Assembly (NCBI RefSeq): GCF_006345805.1
Contig: NC_043026.1
Span: 13,557,579 to 13,621,578 of the forward strand
Reading direction: 5' to 3'
DNA from: Octopus sinensis
Taxonomy: Eukaryota
Length of the DNA: 64,000 nucleotides
Below, piece after piece: positions 40,715-54,753 of this stretch. The translations under genes were made by a program, and so were the position numbers. Each line of letters begins with the position of its first letter. The first letter of the stretch is position 1. A model generated the notes under the pieces. The model was not told where the DNA came from. It was given only the letters and a program-made list of their open reading frames with translations, and made no database searches.

Positions 40715-40995
40715 TGTTATTTCTTTATTTTCTGCAAACAGAATGCACAAAAAAGCTACACGTTTGCATTATGTTATATATACAATAATAATAAAAGGAC
40801 GTTACTATATACATTTTTACAAACCAAGGACGTTATATTGACCTCCTTGACTCAAGTTAGAGAAGGGGTGCGTATTATACACAAGGTTTAGGTTTTTCAG
40901 AAGTACAGCCCCTAAAAATCTTTATAAAACGTTATTACTGTTATTTCTTTATTTTCTGCAAACAGAATGCACAAAAAAGCTACACGTTTGCATTA

Positions 40996-41501
40996 TCTTT
41001 ATATATAAAACTCTAGTTGTGTGAGTGTCTGTCCCCTTCGATTTAGATTCCTAACTCCTCCCACATTTTGCGGTGCAGTTTAACCAAATTCGGGTATCTT
41101 ATAGTCGTGATTCATATCGAGCCCGTCTGGCTATTAGCGCGCGTCTACGATGAGTGTACGATTTTAAAAATAATTTAACATCAATATTCCATTTTAATGC
41201 ATAATTTTTCGTGTGTCGATGGCGGCGGAGTTGGCGTCCATGGTCACACCTGCACCTGTGTTCTCCCCCTTCTTCTCTCCCTCGTGAAGCTGTGGGGAAG
41301 GGAGTGTAAGGAAATCAACGTCGTAAAGCGTTGTCAAGGAGACCAGCGTTCTTTTAGAACAACGACTTCATGGCTTGAAGACACCAAAACAGAAATGGCT
41401 AAGAAAGCCCGAATTGGCATCTATAAGGGAAGTAACTCTCTAAAAATGCTTATATAGTTATTTCCCTTACAAACCCGAGCAACGCCGGGCTATACTGCTA
41501 G
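40996..41501 (+). mobile_element. Non-autonomous Helitron with an empty-site paralogue nearby
   Basis: gcatta|TC...cccgagcaacgccggg..CTAG|tgttata; the uninterrupted gcattatgttata is near 40766-40778. Confidence 0.92.
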
Positions 41502-42109
41502 TGTTATATATCCAATAATAATAAAAGGACGTTACTATATACATTTTTACAAACCAAGGACGTTACATAGACCTCCTTCACTCAAGTTAGAGAAGGGGTG
41601 CGTTTTATACAAAAGGTTTAGGTTTTTCAGAGATACAGACCCCTAAAAATCCCCTGCGGACTATACTCGAGGATTTACTGTAGTATTCAAATGGTTGAGA
41701 AACCCTGCTTTAGGTGAATAAATCGTTCCCAGGACTTATTTGTTGTTGTTTATTTAAAGCCTATTTCTTACTCTATCAGTCTCTTTGTCGAACAGTTAAG
41801 TTACAGGGATGTAAACAAACCAACGCTGGTTGTAAAGTGATGGTGGGTTACAACACGACCGACTTCTTTGGGTTCTGATCTACCAGATCCGTTCTCAAGG
41901 CTTTGATCGGTTCGCGACTCTAATAGAAGCCACTTGCCCAAAGCAGAGACAAATAGAGTTGGTTGTTAACTGGGGTAATCGAAATCAAATCTTGCCGTTG
42001 GGTCGACGCACCGATCCGATCTTGCGGTTACATTTCAGAACGGCGCACAACTTGCATGGGGAGGGGTTGGAAGGTTGGGGAATTTAATCTCTTAATGGAG
42101 ATTATGATG

Positions 42110-42393
42110 GTGGTGGGGTGACGGTGATGGTTGTGGTGGCGGTGGTCTAGATGATGGTGAGGTTAATGGTGGTGGTGGTGGTGACGACGATGATGATGAT
42201 GATGAGCGTGATGATGACCATCATGACGACAACGACGACGATCATGATGATAATGATGACAGCGACGACGATGTTGATGATAATGATGACGATGATGATA
42301 ATGATAATGATGATGATGATGATGATGACGATGATGATGATGATGATGATGATAATGATGACGGCGACGATGACGATGATGATGATGATGATA

Positions 42394-42428
<35 letters not shown>

Positions 42429-42437
42429 AATGATGAC

Positions 42438-42473
<36 letters not shown>

Positions 42474-42720
42474 AATGATGACGATGATGATGATGATGAT
42501 AATGATGATGATGATGATGATAATGATGACGGCGACGATGATGATGATGATGATGACGGCGACGATGACGATGATGAGCGTGATGATGATAACGACGACG
42601 ACGTTAATAATTGATGACGGCGACGATGATGATGATTGATGACGGCGACAAAGATGACGACATTGACAACGACTACGACGACGATGATGATGATGACGGC
42701 GACAAAGATGACGATAGTGA
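42110..42720. repeat. (ATG/ACG)n trinucleotide tract
   Basis: Direct reading. Confidence 0.97.
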
Positions 42721-43552
42721 ATACCCGCAGTGGATGGGATGGAAGCCAAACGTCTGTTACTTGATGGACAACTTTCAAAAACACTGGACAAAAAAAATCA
42801 TTTCCAAAATAAATGTCCGCGCGAGTATTTGCTTGTGTGGTTAGGGTTAGGGTTAGCGCCTTTCATAATTTCGGGACTCGATTAAATAAGTCCCAGTTAC
42901 GTACTGCGGTCGATGTAATCGACTTAATCCCCTCCCCCAAGTGACCCTTGTGGCAAAAATTTGGAATCAACATCATCATCATTTAATTTGCTGCATGTCT
43001 TTTAATGTTTTGTATGTGAACCCTTGTGGCCAATAAAATAATTCATTATTATTACTATTATTATAATTATTATTATTATTATTATCATCATTATAGTTGT
43101 AGCTTGCTTGTTGTTATTACTGTATGCCCCACGAGTAAAGTTTTTTTGGTTTTCTTTTTTAATGATATGTCGGTTCGGCAAAAGAGATCGATAGAATAAA
43201 GTACAAGACGGAATAACCAAGTCCATCCGTTCAGCTGAACCCTTCAAGACGATGATCTCGAATGACAGCAGTCCAATGACCTTGCTCTAGTTGTTTGCCC
43301 CATGAATAAAGTTTTAAAAACAAAAGACTCATCGGTTCGGCAAAAAAAGACCGACAGAATAAAGCATGGGCAGAACAAACAAGTGAAATCTGTTTTTTCA
43401 CCAAACACTTCGCGACGTTGATCCAGAATGACCGCAGGCGAATGACCGAAGCAAGTGAAAGATAAAAATTGTGTTTGTATTTTATTATCCGACATCAAGT
43501 TTTACCGGGTAACTTTATGAAAGTAACACCGCCGTATTTTCTATAAGAAGAT

Positions 43553-44400
<848 letters not shown>

Positions 44401-44471
44401 ATCCATCTATATATATATATATATTGATAGATAGATAGATATCTTCTTATATAGAATAGACCTTTGTGTGT

Positions 44472-44502
<31 letters not shown>

Positions 44503-45169
44503 TGTGTGTGTGTGTGTGTGTGAAAGAGAGAGAGAGAGAGTGTGTGTGTGTGTGTGTGTGAAAGAGAGAGAGAGAGAGAGGGAGTGTGTGTGTGTGTGTG
44601 ATCCAGAATGTCCACAGTCGAATGACCGAAACAAGTGAAAGATAAAAAAAAAAAAAAAAAAAAAAAAATGTGTTCGTATTTTATTTATCCGACGTCAATT
44701 TTTCCCGGGTAACTTTACGAAAGTAACACCGCCGTTTCGTCGCCGAGTCAACAACGACTCCCACGGCGCTGGAGTCTGGGAGTCATCACAGCGTGAACCT
44801 TTTCTTCCCAGATCGCGATTTTGGTCCACACATGGTCATTTAAAATCATTCCAATTGTTATGTCATAATATATTTATACGGTATACTCAACCACTTTCCA
44901 TCAGGTCTGTATTTAACAGGCCCAGATTTATATTCGTTTTTTTTTTTTTTAATTCTTTTATTCTTTTACTTGTTTCAGTCATTTGACTGAGGCCATGCTG
45001 GAGCACCACCTTTGATTTTTTTTTTCTTCTTAATTCCTTGTAATTAACCAACCTTGAACTTACCCCCAGAATCTATCACGCCTGTTGCTTTTGAAACTGG
45101 ACTGGATTTGAAACGAAGGACAAAATAATATCAAACACACTAAAGGAAGAACATTATCATTAATAATAA

Positions 45170-45450
45170 TAATAATAATAATAATTAATTCTTTTTATTG
45201 GCCACAAGGGCTGACACACATGATTTGAAAACATACAAGGGACAAAACAGGACGAAAGGTTACAAAGGGTTTTGTCCGTTTGTTAAAAAAATCCGAGTAA
45301 AAACTGTATAACAATAATAATTATATAACAACGAAAAACTCCCAAAAGGGGGAGGCGTTACGAAAGGTTCCTGGTGGAAAAAAAACCCCACAAAAGCCAA
45401 CGGGAGCCTGGTCAAAAAAGGGGGGTAGAGAGTCCCTTTTTTTCTCCTAT
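45170..45450 (-). mobile_element. LINE-like 3'UTR with (ATT)n tail
   Basis: Minus strand ends cccttgtggccaataaaaagaattaattattattatt; no ORF seen. Confidence 0.4.
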
Positions 45451-47247
45451 CAACAACAGCAGTAGCAGCAACGTGGTGCTAGCTATACACATATCTATAG
45501 AATAGCACCACTGCTAATTAATGATATATACTACACCAACTCTGATACGCTACTTGAATATAGCACTGCAGCAGCCTGGGTCATAACAGGTTTCATCATT
45601 TACAGACCACCAATACTATTACCATCAATAAACAGTCCTACAACGAAGATAGGTGTGTTACCTGTACACGTAACACCCACTACAAACTACCACTACCACT
45701 AACACCGACTCTAACTTTACTTACTACGACACTCGATTATTTACCAAGCACCATCGCTCACAGACCCAGCTCGGTTATCACCAGCCTATCAACAAATAAC
45801 TGGGATATAACACTGCGGCACACCTCCGTTCGTAGCCCGACACTTTTATCGCATACTACCCAGGGTATAACACCACACCACACTCTGGTTGTTAAGACAC
45901 GCCACGCCACAGCTTTTAAACTCGATACGCTTTACACTATTTAATTACAAACAGACCACTTATATACTACATCACCTACAACACAACAATAGCGGTTTGT
46001 TCAACCTGTAGACAGACACAGTACCACTACAAATACAAATACCTACACTACCCCAGTCACTTAAAATCACACCAGAACAACAGCAGCTACCATACGTATT
46101 AGAAGACCGGCAACGTTACCACCGTCGCTACCACTTCTACCATTTGATACCAGTAATTACCCAGTAGTGTTTTGTATTCTTACATCATAATCTTTGTCAC
46201 ATACCTGGTAAGTAAAACCTAAGCCTTTTCTACTTCATTTAACCTCAAGACGACCCTATTGGACTTAGGCCTATAATCAAAAGTATTCCAGCCACGACTG
46301 TCCCGTCTATTTTTCTTTCTTCCTTCCTTCCTTTCTTTCCTTCTTCCTTTCTTTTTTCTTTCTTCCTTTCTTTCTTTCTTTCTAGGATTACTCAGAACTA
46401 TCGTCTAATGGGCGAAAGTTAGGAATACGTACACCCGGTGGCTTAGGATTAGGGTTTTTGTTACGCCGAAAAACGGGTGGTGTTAGTACCCATATTCTTT
46501 ACCTCCGCCCATCAAACGTGCCCTTCCCCTTTCTTTTTCAGAGGGTACAACGTGAATTTAGGGAAATTTGACCACTATTTCTAGCCCCGATTAACTGAAC
46601 ATACATCTGATCTTAAGCATTTGTGACTATTTCGCCTTTCTGTATGTCCGGGACTACGTTGTCAAATGAGATTTCCCTTTTATTGGTGTGAGACTATTAT
46701 TTTAGAGAGATTTAGCTGCCCCTTCTAGCAGATCGAACGACCATATATAATTGTCGAAGACATTCTGGCCATCGTCAAATTCTTCCCTTTTAAAGTTTTT
46801 AGAATGCTTAGGGAGATTTGGCTGTTATTTCTAACAAGACGCATGGAGACACCACACCCGTGGCTCTTATTTCAGCAGTGACCATCCGGTTTTTTTTTTT
46901 TCATTCAGGCATAATATATCTAGGACTGCGTCAACGAATGTGACCTTTGCTGGTACTTGGTCCCAGGTCAGTCCTGACTGGGCAGACTTAGAATCAAAGA
47001 TGTTCTAACAGTGACTTTCCCATTTCGTGTTGCTAGATCATCATTTATGAGCAACCTGCGGGACTTTCTGATGGTTACGCTTAACAAAAATTTATCTTCA
47101 TGTAATGCTGGCCCTCACATGTCGAACCAACTATGTCTCATGCGGCCCGCTTCTCCAGAAAGGTTATCCATACCTGGTCTAAACACTGTGTATCCAGGAC
47201 TACATTATCTAATTAATATGTCCTTCGTTGTTGTGATTATTATTATT

Positions 47248-48414
47248 ATTTCTTTATTGCCCACAGGGGGCTAAACAATGATAGACAAAGGGATTAAGTC
47301 GATTATATCGACCCCAGTGCGTAACTGACACTTATTTAATCGACCCCGAAAGGACGAAAGGCAAAGTCGACCTCGGCGGAATTTGAACTCAGGACGCTAA
47401 GCATTTCGCCCGGCGTGCTAACGATTCTGCCAGCTCGCCGCCAGAATCGTTAGCACACCGGGTATAATGCTTAAGAGTGTTTCGTTCGTCGCGGGACGAA
47501 ATGCGTAACTGTATTTCGTCTGCCGTTACGTTCTGAGTTCAAATTCCGCCGAGGTCGACTTTGCCTTTCATCCTTTCGGGGTCGATTAAATAAGGACCAG
47601 TTACGCACTGGGGTCGATATAATCGACTTAATCCGTCTGTCTGTTTGTCCCTTCTGTGTTTAGCCCCTTGTGGGTAGTAAAGAAATAGGTATTTCGTCTG
47701 TCTCTATGTTCTGAGTTCGAATTCCGCCGGGGTCGACTTTGCCTTTCATCCTTTCAGGGTCGATTAAATAAGTATCAGTTGAGCACTGGAGTCGATGTAA
47801 TCGACGTATCCTCTCCTCCGATCTTGCTGGCCTTGTGCTAAAATTTGAAACCATTATTGTTGTTGTTGTTGAGCTGGCAGAATCGTTAGCATGCCGGACA
47901 AAATATTTAGCAGCATTTGTCCGTCTTCACTTTCTGTGTTCAAATTCCTCCAAGGTCGATTTCGCCTTTCATCGTTTCGAGATCGATGAATTAAGTACCT
48001 ATTTCTTTATTACCCACAAGGGGCTAAACATAGAGGGGACAAACAAGGACAGACAAAGGGATTAAGTCGATTACATCGACCCCAGTGCGTTACTGGTACT
48101 TAATTTATCGACCCCGAAAGGATGAAAGGCAAAGTCGACCTCGGCGGAATTTGAACTCAGAATGTAACGGCAGACGAAATACCTATTTCTTTATTACCCA
48201 CAAGGGGCTAAACATAGAGGGGACAGACAAGGACAGACATAGGTATTAAGTCGATTACATCGACCTCAGTGAGTAACTAGTACCTATTTAATCGACCCCG
48301 AAAGGATGAAAGGCAAAGTCGACCTCGGCGGAATTTGAACTCACCCGAGGTCGACTTGCCTTTCATCCTTTCGGGGTCGATAAATTAAGTACCAGTTACG
48401 CACTGGGGTCGATA
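47248..48414. mobile_element. Cluster of SINE family B copies in both orientations
   Basis: Head-to-head pair joined near 47441; further copies at 48000-48345 with a fold-back at about 48346-48414. Confidence 0.8.
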
Positions 48415-48781
48415 CCAATCGAGTTCTGGGGTCGATGTAACCCACCAGCTCCCTTCCCTACAAAATTCCAGGCCTTGTGCCTTTAGCAGAAAGGGTTATT
48501 ATTTCATTATTTAACTCCAAATATGTCTCGATTGAGGAGGTCTTTGATCAAAAAAATGTCACAGTTGTTACCATACCATCTTTTATTCTTGACTTCGTAT
48601 TTCTTATCTTTTACTTGTTTCAGTCATTTGACTACGGCCATGCTGGGGCACTAACTCGAATTTTTAAACAAATCAACTACAGTACCTTTGTTTTTTAAAG
48701 CCTAGAACTTTTTTTATGAATCACTTTGGCTGAACCGTTAAATTACGGGGACGTAAACACACCAGCACCAGCGGTGGTGGA

Positions 48782-48820
<39 letters not shown>

Positions 48821-48951
48821 CAGGGTGTCCCGAAAGAATGTATACACATAGTGGTTCGGCAAAAGAGAACGATAGAATAAGTACTAGGCTTACAAAGAAT
48901 AACAAATTTACAATTATTTAAGGTGTGTATACATTTTTTGGGGACACCCTG
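48821..48951. mobile_element. 131-bp Tc1/mariner-type MITE in (TA)n, containing a SINE A fragment
   Basis: TA|cagggtgtcccgaaagaatgtatacaca .. tgtgtatacattttttggggacaccctg|TA. Confidence 0.85.
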
Positions 48952-48957
48952 TATATA

Positions 48958-49119
48958 TATAAATAAGGGTGTCTGAGAGACACCACCATGCCGAAATAGC
49001 AGTCAAATCCCTGACATGTCTTATCTCATGGTGCGATTGAACATTTAAGGTGGTTTTTAGAGTCAGGGATTTGACTGCTATTTCGGCATGGTGGTGTCTC
49101 TCAGACACCCTTATTTATA
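48958..49119. repeat. Perfect inverted repeat, 58-bp arms with 46-bp spacer
   Basis: 48958-49015 is the exact reverse complement of 49062-49119. Confidence 0.92.
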
Positions 49120-49214
49120 GTTGTAAAAAAATTATTACCTTTGTATGGTATTTATTCCCATACTGGCCACTTGATAATATCGATATTATCCTTATTTATA
49201 AATTTATATATATA

Positions 49215-49601
49215 TCTTTATATATAAAAGAGAGGTTGTGTGCTGTCTGTCTCCTACGATTTAGATTCCTAACTACTCCCACATTTTGCGGTGCAGTTTA
49301 ACCAAAACCAGGTATCTTATAGTCGTCATTCATATCGAGCCCTTCTGGGTATTAGCGCGCGTCTACGATGAGTCTGCGATTTTAAAAATAATTTACCATC
49401 ATTTTTTCCATTTTAATGCATTTTTTCCGCTATTATATAAGGAAGTAACTCTAAAAATGTCTACGATGAGTCAACGATTTAAAAAAAAATTTACCATAAT
49501 TTTTTTTCCATTTTAATGCATTTTTTTTGCTATAACTCTCTAAAAATGCTTATATAGTTATTTCCCTTACAAACCCGAGCAACGCCGGGCGATACTGCTA
49601 G
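49215..49601 (+). mobile_element. Non-autonomous Helitron
   Basis: A|TC..hairpin..CTAG|T; same family as 40996. Confidence 0.88.
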
Positions 49602-49883
49602 TATATATATATACATACACACACGACGGGCTTGTTTCAGTTTCCGTTTACCAAATTCACTCACAAGACTAGTCGACCCGAGGCTATAACAGAAGGCACT
49701 TGTCCAAGTTGCCACGCAGTGGGACTGAACTGGGAACCATGTGGTTACGAAGCAAGCTTCTTATCACACAGCCACGCTATTAAATATATCCCTTCTTGTC
49801 GTTAGCCTCAAATCAGTGACTCCCCAACCGACCTTTGGTCTAAGACTATCCAGCCATGATCGCTTCGTATCTTTATATCTTTA

Positions 49884-50283
49884 CTAGCAGTATCGCCCGG
49901 CGTTGCTTGGGTTTGTAAGGGAAATAACTATAAAGCATTTTTAGAGAGTTATAGCCAAAAAATAGCAAAAAAATGCATTAAAAATGGGAAAAAAATGATG
50001 GTAATTTTTTTTTTAAATCGTTGACTCATCGTAGACATTTTTAGAGAGTTACTTCCCTTATATAATAACGAAAAAAATGCATTAAAATGGGAAAAAATGA
50101 TGGTAAATTTTTTTTAAATCGTAGACTCATCGTAGACGCGCGCTAATACCCAGAAGGGCTCGATATGAATCACGACTATAAGATACCCGCTTTTGGTTAA
50201 ACTGCACCGCAAAATGTGGGAGTAGTTAGGAATCTAAATCGTAGGAGACAGACAGCACACAACCTTACTTTTATATATAAAGA
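49884..50283 (-). mobile_element. Non-autonomous Helitron (convergent with 49215-49601)
   Basis: Reverse-complement copy with the same termini. Confidence 0.88.
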
Positions 50284-50524
50284 TATGCCGGAGGCTGTAA
50301 CCTATGACAGATTTGGCTGCATTTTCTAGCATGGTAAGTAAACGGCGGAATTCCGTTTTAGACACGCCATAAAACCTTTCAAAATTTCTTTTATTTTGTG
50401 GAATTTTCAGAAAATTTTTGCGAATTTATATTCTGTGCACAGGAATTCACACGACTTTGAAAACACATTTTTTTCTCTTAATTTTTCGAATTGTTTAAAA
50501 ATCAGTTTGAAATAGGGACAGTCC

Positions 50525-50946
50525 GAGGCGATCTTTCGTCTATAGTAGACCTTTCCATCGATTTCCGTAAAAAATTATTTTTTTTTTACATATGGGCTTG
50601 CGGGAACTTTTGAAGTAATATACATACATATACACATACACCGAGTAAAAAATTTCAGTTATCTCTCTCTTTCACACATTACTCTGTCTCTTCACACACA
50701 CTAACAGAAGCACTTCACTTACACAACATACTTTCTGTCTCCCACACCCCATCACACACACGCACACACATGTACATCAATGCTCTCCTTGCACGGTAAC
50801 TTCAAAAGAACTTCCCTCGTCATACAATCGCTTTCTCTTAGTCTCTTTCGCTCTCATTACTTCAAAAGTTCCCGCAAGCCCATATGTAAAAAAAAAATTC
50901 TTTTATGGAAATCGACGGAAAGGTCTACTAGAGTCGAAAGATTCCC
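50525..50946. mobile_element. TIR element (~90-bp arms) flanked by a 57-bp direct repeat
   Basis: gatctttcg..gtagacctttcc..gggaacttttgaagtaat and its reverse complement; direct repeats at 50468-50524 and 50947-51003. Confidence 0.75.
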
Positions 50947-51307
50947 TTTTTTTCTTTTAATTTTTCGAATTGTTTAAAAATCAGTTTGAAATAGGGACAG
51001 TCCAAATTTTTGGCTTAAATCCCAGTAGTAGGCCATTAGATGTGTTTATGGGAAGAAAGGTATTGAAAAACATCGGTAAATTTACCAAAACATCAATGCG
51101 TTAGACTGACAAACAAATAAGGGTACGGGGTGGTCGTGAGATATGCTAAAAATAACAGCTAAATAGCCCTTAAATCACGCACCAAAAAATTTCGTTTTTT
51201 AGTTTTTGCATAATCGTATCAATTCTCGTGTATAGAACACAAATTCGCAAAACTTTTCTGAAAACTCGAAGAAATATAAAAGTTATGATGGGTTATATAC
51301 ACTTTAC

Positions 51308-51515
51308 TCTGTCTTTTACTCTTTTACTTGTTTCAGTCATTTGACTGCGGCCATGCTGGAGCACCGCCTTTAATCGAGCAACTCGAAGTAAGCCCATTAC
51401 TTATTCTATCAGTCTCCTTTTGCCGAACCACTAAGTAACGGGGACATGAACACACCAACATCGGTTGTCAAGCGATGCTAGGGAAACAAACACAGACACA
51501 CAAACACACACACGC

Positions 51516-51552
<37 letters not shown>

Positions 51553-51724
51553 CTATACACGACGGGCTTCTTTCAGTTTCCGTCTACCAAATCCACTCAC
51601 AAGGCTTTGGTCGGCCCGAAGCTATAGTAGAAGACACTTGCCCAAGGTGCCACGCAGTGGGACTGAACCCGGAACCATGTGGTTGGTAAGCAAGCTACTT
51701 ACCACACAGCCACTCCTGCGCCTA
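51308..51724 (-). mobile_element. SINE family A
   Basis: Near full-length match. Confidence 0.8.
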
Positions 51725-53132
51725 TGTCGGTTACATCAACCACATTACTTGACTAGTGCTTTATTTTTAACAACCTAGAAAGGCTAAAAAGCAAAGTTGA
51801 TCCCAGCAGAATTCGAACTCGGGACATTAACAGCCAAAAGGAAAACGCTTACCAGTTTCTTTGGCTTGTTAACGATTCTGTTAGCTTGCCAATAATAAAA
51901 GTAATTTCTTGGCCAACAACAATAAAAAAAATGGTTTCAATTGTTGGCACGAGGCCTGAAATTTGGGGCAAATGGGTAAGTTAATTACATAGACTTTAGC
52001 ACTTGGCAAATTACTTATTTTATATTTTTGTGACCCTGAAAGATGAAAGGCAAAGTTGACCTGGGTGGAATTTGAACTCAAAATGTAAGAATACACTTCA
52101 TATGGTGTTGATTCCCATTATATCAGAATTCGTAGCGAAAAATGTTTGGTGGAATTCTACTGTAAGCGTCCGATATAACTCCTTCTTATTTTTGAATTTC
52201 CAGGAAATTTTTGGAATGTTGCATATGCAGGAATTAATACAATTAAAGAAAAAAAAAAAAAAGAAAAAATCGTTTAGCTGCTATTTTTACACATCTCATA
52301 ACCATCTCATACTCTTCTCGTTTGTTTGTCAATCTGATGTATTGATGTTTCTCATAAATGCATTTAATGGTTTATAGTGGAGGCGCAATGGCCCAGTGGT
52401 TAGGGCAGCGGACTCGCGGTCATAGGATTGCGGTTTCGATTCCCAGACCAGGCGTTGTGAGTGTTTATTGAGCGAAAACACCTAAAGCTCCACGAGGCTC
52501 CAGCAGGGGATGGTGGTGATCCCTGCTGTACTCTTTCACCACAACTTTCTCTCACTCTTACTTCCTGTTTTTGTTGTACCTGTATTTCAAGGGGCCGGCC
52601 TTGTCACTCTCTGTGTCACGCTGAATATCCCCGAGAACTACGTTAAGGGTACACGTGTCTGTGGAGTGCTCAGCCACTTACACGTTAATCTCACGAGCAG
52701 GCTGTTCCGTTGATTCGGATCAACCGGAACCCTCGTCGTCGTAACCGACGGAGTGCTTCCATCCATAATGGTTTATTGCTGGGATTTAAACCCAAAAATA
52801 CCAATACCAATATCAATTCCTTCTGGAAACTATCTTAAGCATGTCCTTGAGAACGATTATTTATGTAGTAATCTTTTGTGCCCAATATTTTAAGGAACTT
52901 GTTGAACTTTTTTATGTCCTTAACATGTCCCTGTTACCAAAGACTGTATATATGTAATGTAGCAATTTGTAACAACCAATAATTAACGCAACCAAACTTC
53001 TACATGTTACTTTTGACAATCTTTTTCCAAAGAGTGAAACCGGTAAAGTAAATAAACATCTTTTAAATTGCATTTTCAAACCTTCTTTCATATATAATTC
53101 CACTCGTGCGGTACCCCACAACTCCACTTTGT

Positions 53133-53169
<37 letters not shown>

Positions 53170-53358
53170 ATATATATATACATACATACACATATATACG
53201 ACAGGCTTCTTTCAGTTTCTGTCTACCAAATCCACTCACAAGGCTTTGGTCGACCCAAAGCTACAGTAGAAGACACTTGCCAAGGTGCCACGTAGTTGGA
53301 CTGAACCCAGAACCATGTGGTTGGGAAGCAAGCTACTTACCACACAGTCACTTCTGCA

Positions 53359-53398
<40 letters not shown>

Positions 53399-53636
53399 TA
53401 TGTATGTATTGTATTGTATATAAAGACCTATCCAAGGGAAACAGAGCCAGCCTAGCAATCATGTGTGACCACAATCACTAATTACTCTAATAGGTATCTA
53501 ATTGTCTTCTTTGTTTTATCTTCACGCTGGCTTATTGACTTAACAAGGTATCTTAATAAGCTACCCCGGATCACACAGCCCCAAGGGCATTCAAGTAAGA
53601 AAGAGTACAAAGCCGAACACGCCTGAGTGTCTCCAG

Positions 53637-53660
53637 GTGGGAATGGAGGGCGGAGATGAG
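53637..53660 (+). other. Candidate HMGCS 5'UTR exon
   Basis: ctccag| acceptor and GAG|gtgagt donor in non-repeat-looking sequence 2.4 kb upstream of the coding exon. Confidence 0.3.
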
Positions 53661-53850
53661 GTGAGTTTTCATGTCTGAAATTGTTTCAAGTTCTGCCGGG
53701 ATTAGAGAAAAGCCGAATAGATTTTCTTCTGTGAAGGCAATCATCTTGTATGGCCTCAAGATCAGCTCTGTTTCCTCTTGACTTGGGTCTTCGTGTGTGG
53801 GTGGATCTGGGTGATGGTATGTGTGTATGAGTGTGGGTGTCTATGTGTGT

Positions 53851-54555
<705 letters not shown>

Positions 54556-54593
54556 ACACACACACATATATATATATATATAGATATAAGCTA

Positions 54594-54648
<55 letters not shown>

Positions 54649-54753
54649 GAAGTCCTACTGCATGGCTGACTATAGCCTTGGCTGACCAAATCCTTGTAAG
54701 TAGATAGGGTAGGTAGAAACTAAAAGAACCCTGTTGTGTGTGTATGTATGTAT

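Larger units (their letters stand above)
39381..41680. mobile_element. Tc1/mariner-superfamily (Tc2/pogo-like) non-autonomous element hosting nested insertions
   Basis: TA|ccgtaaatcctcgagtataatc .. gactatactcgaggatttactg|TA inverted termini with TA TSD. Confidence 0.75.

Noticed and set aside
42838-42857. Telomere or interstitial telomeric site (also 27043, 34820)
   Set aside because: Only 2-3 hexamers, mostly an internal motif of the MITE family.
46208-46385. 178-nt intron (gtaagt..long polypyrimidine..ctag)
   Set aside because: The interior is a dispersed repeat plus a (CTTT) microsatellite, and the flanks have no ORF support.
52377-52460. tRNA-Arg gene
   Set aside because: The tRNA-like head lacks a complete cloverleaf and continues into a multi-copy SINE body.
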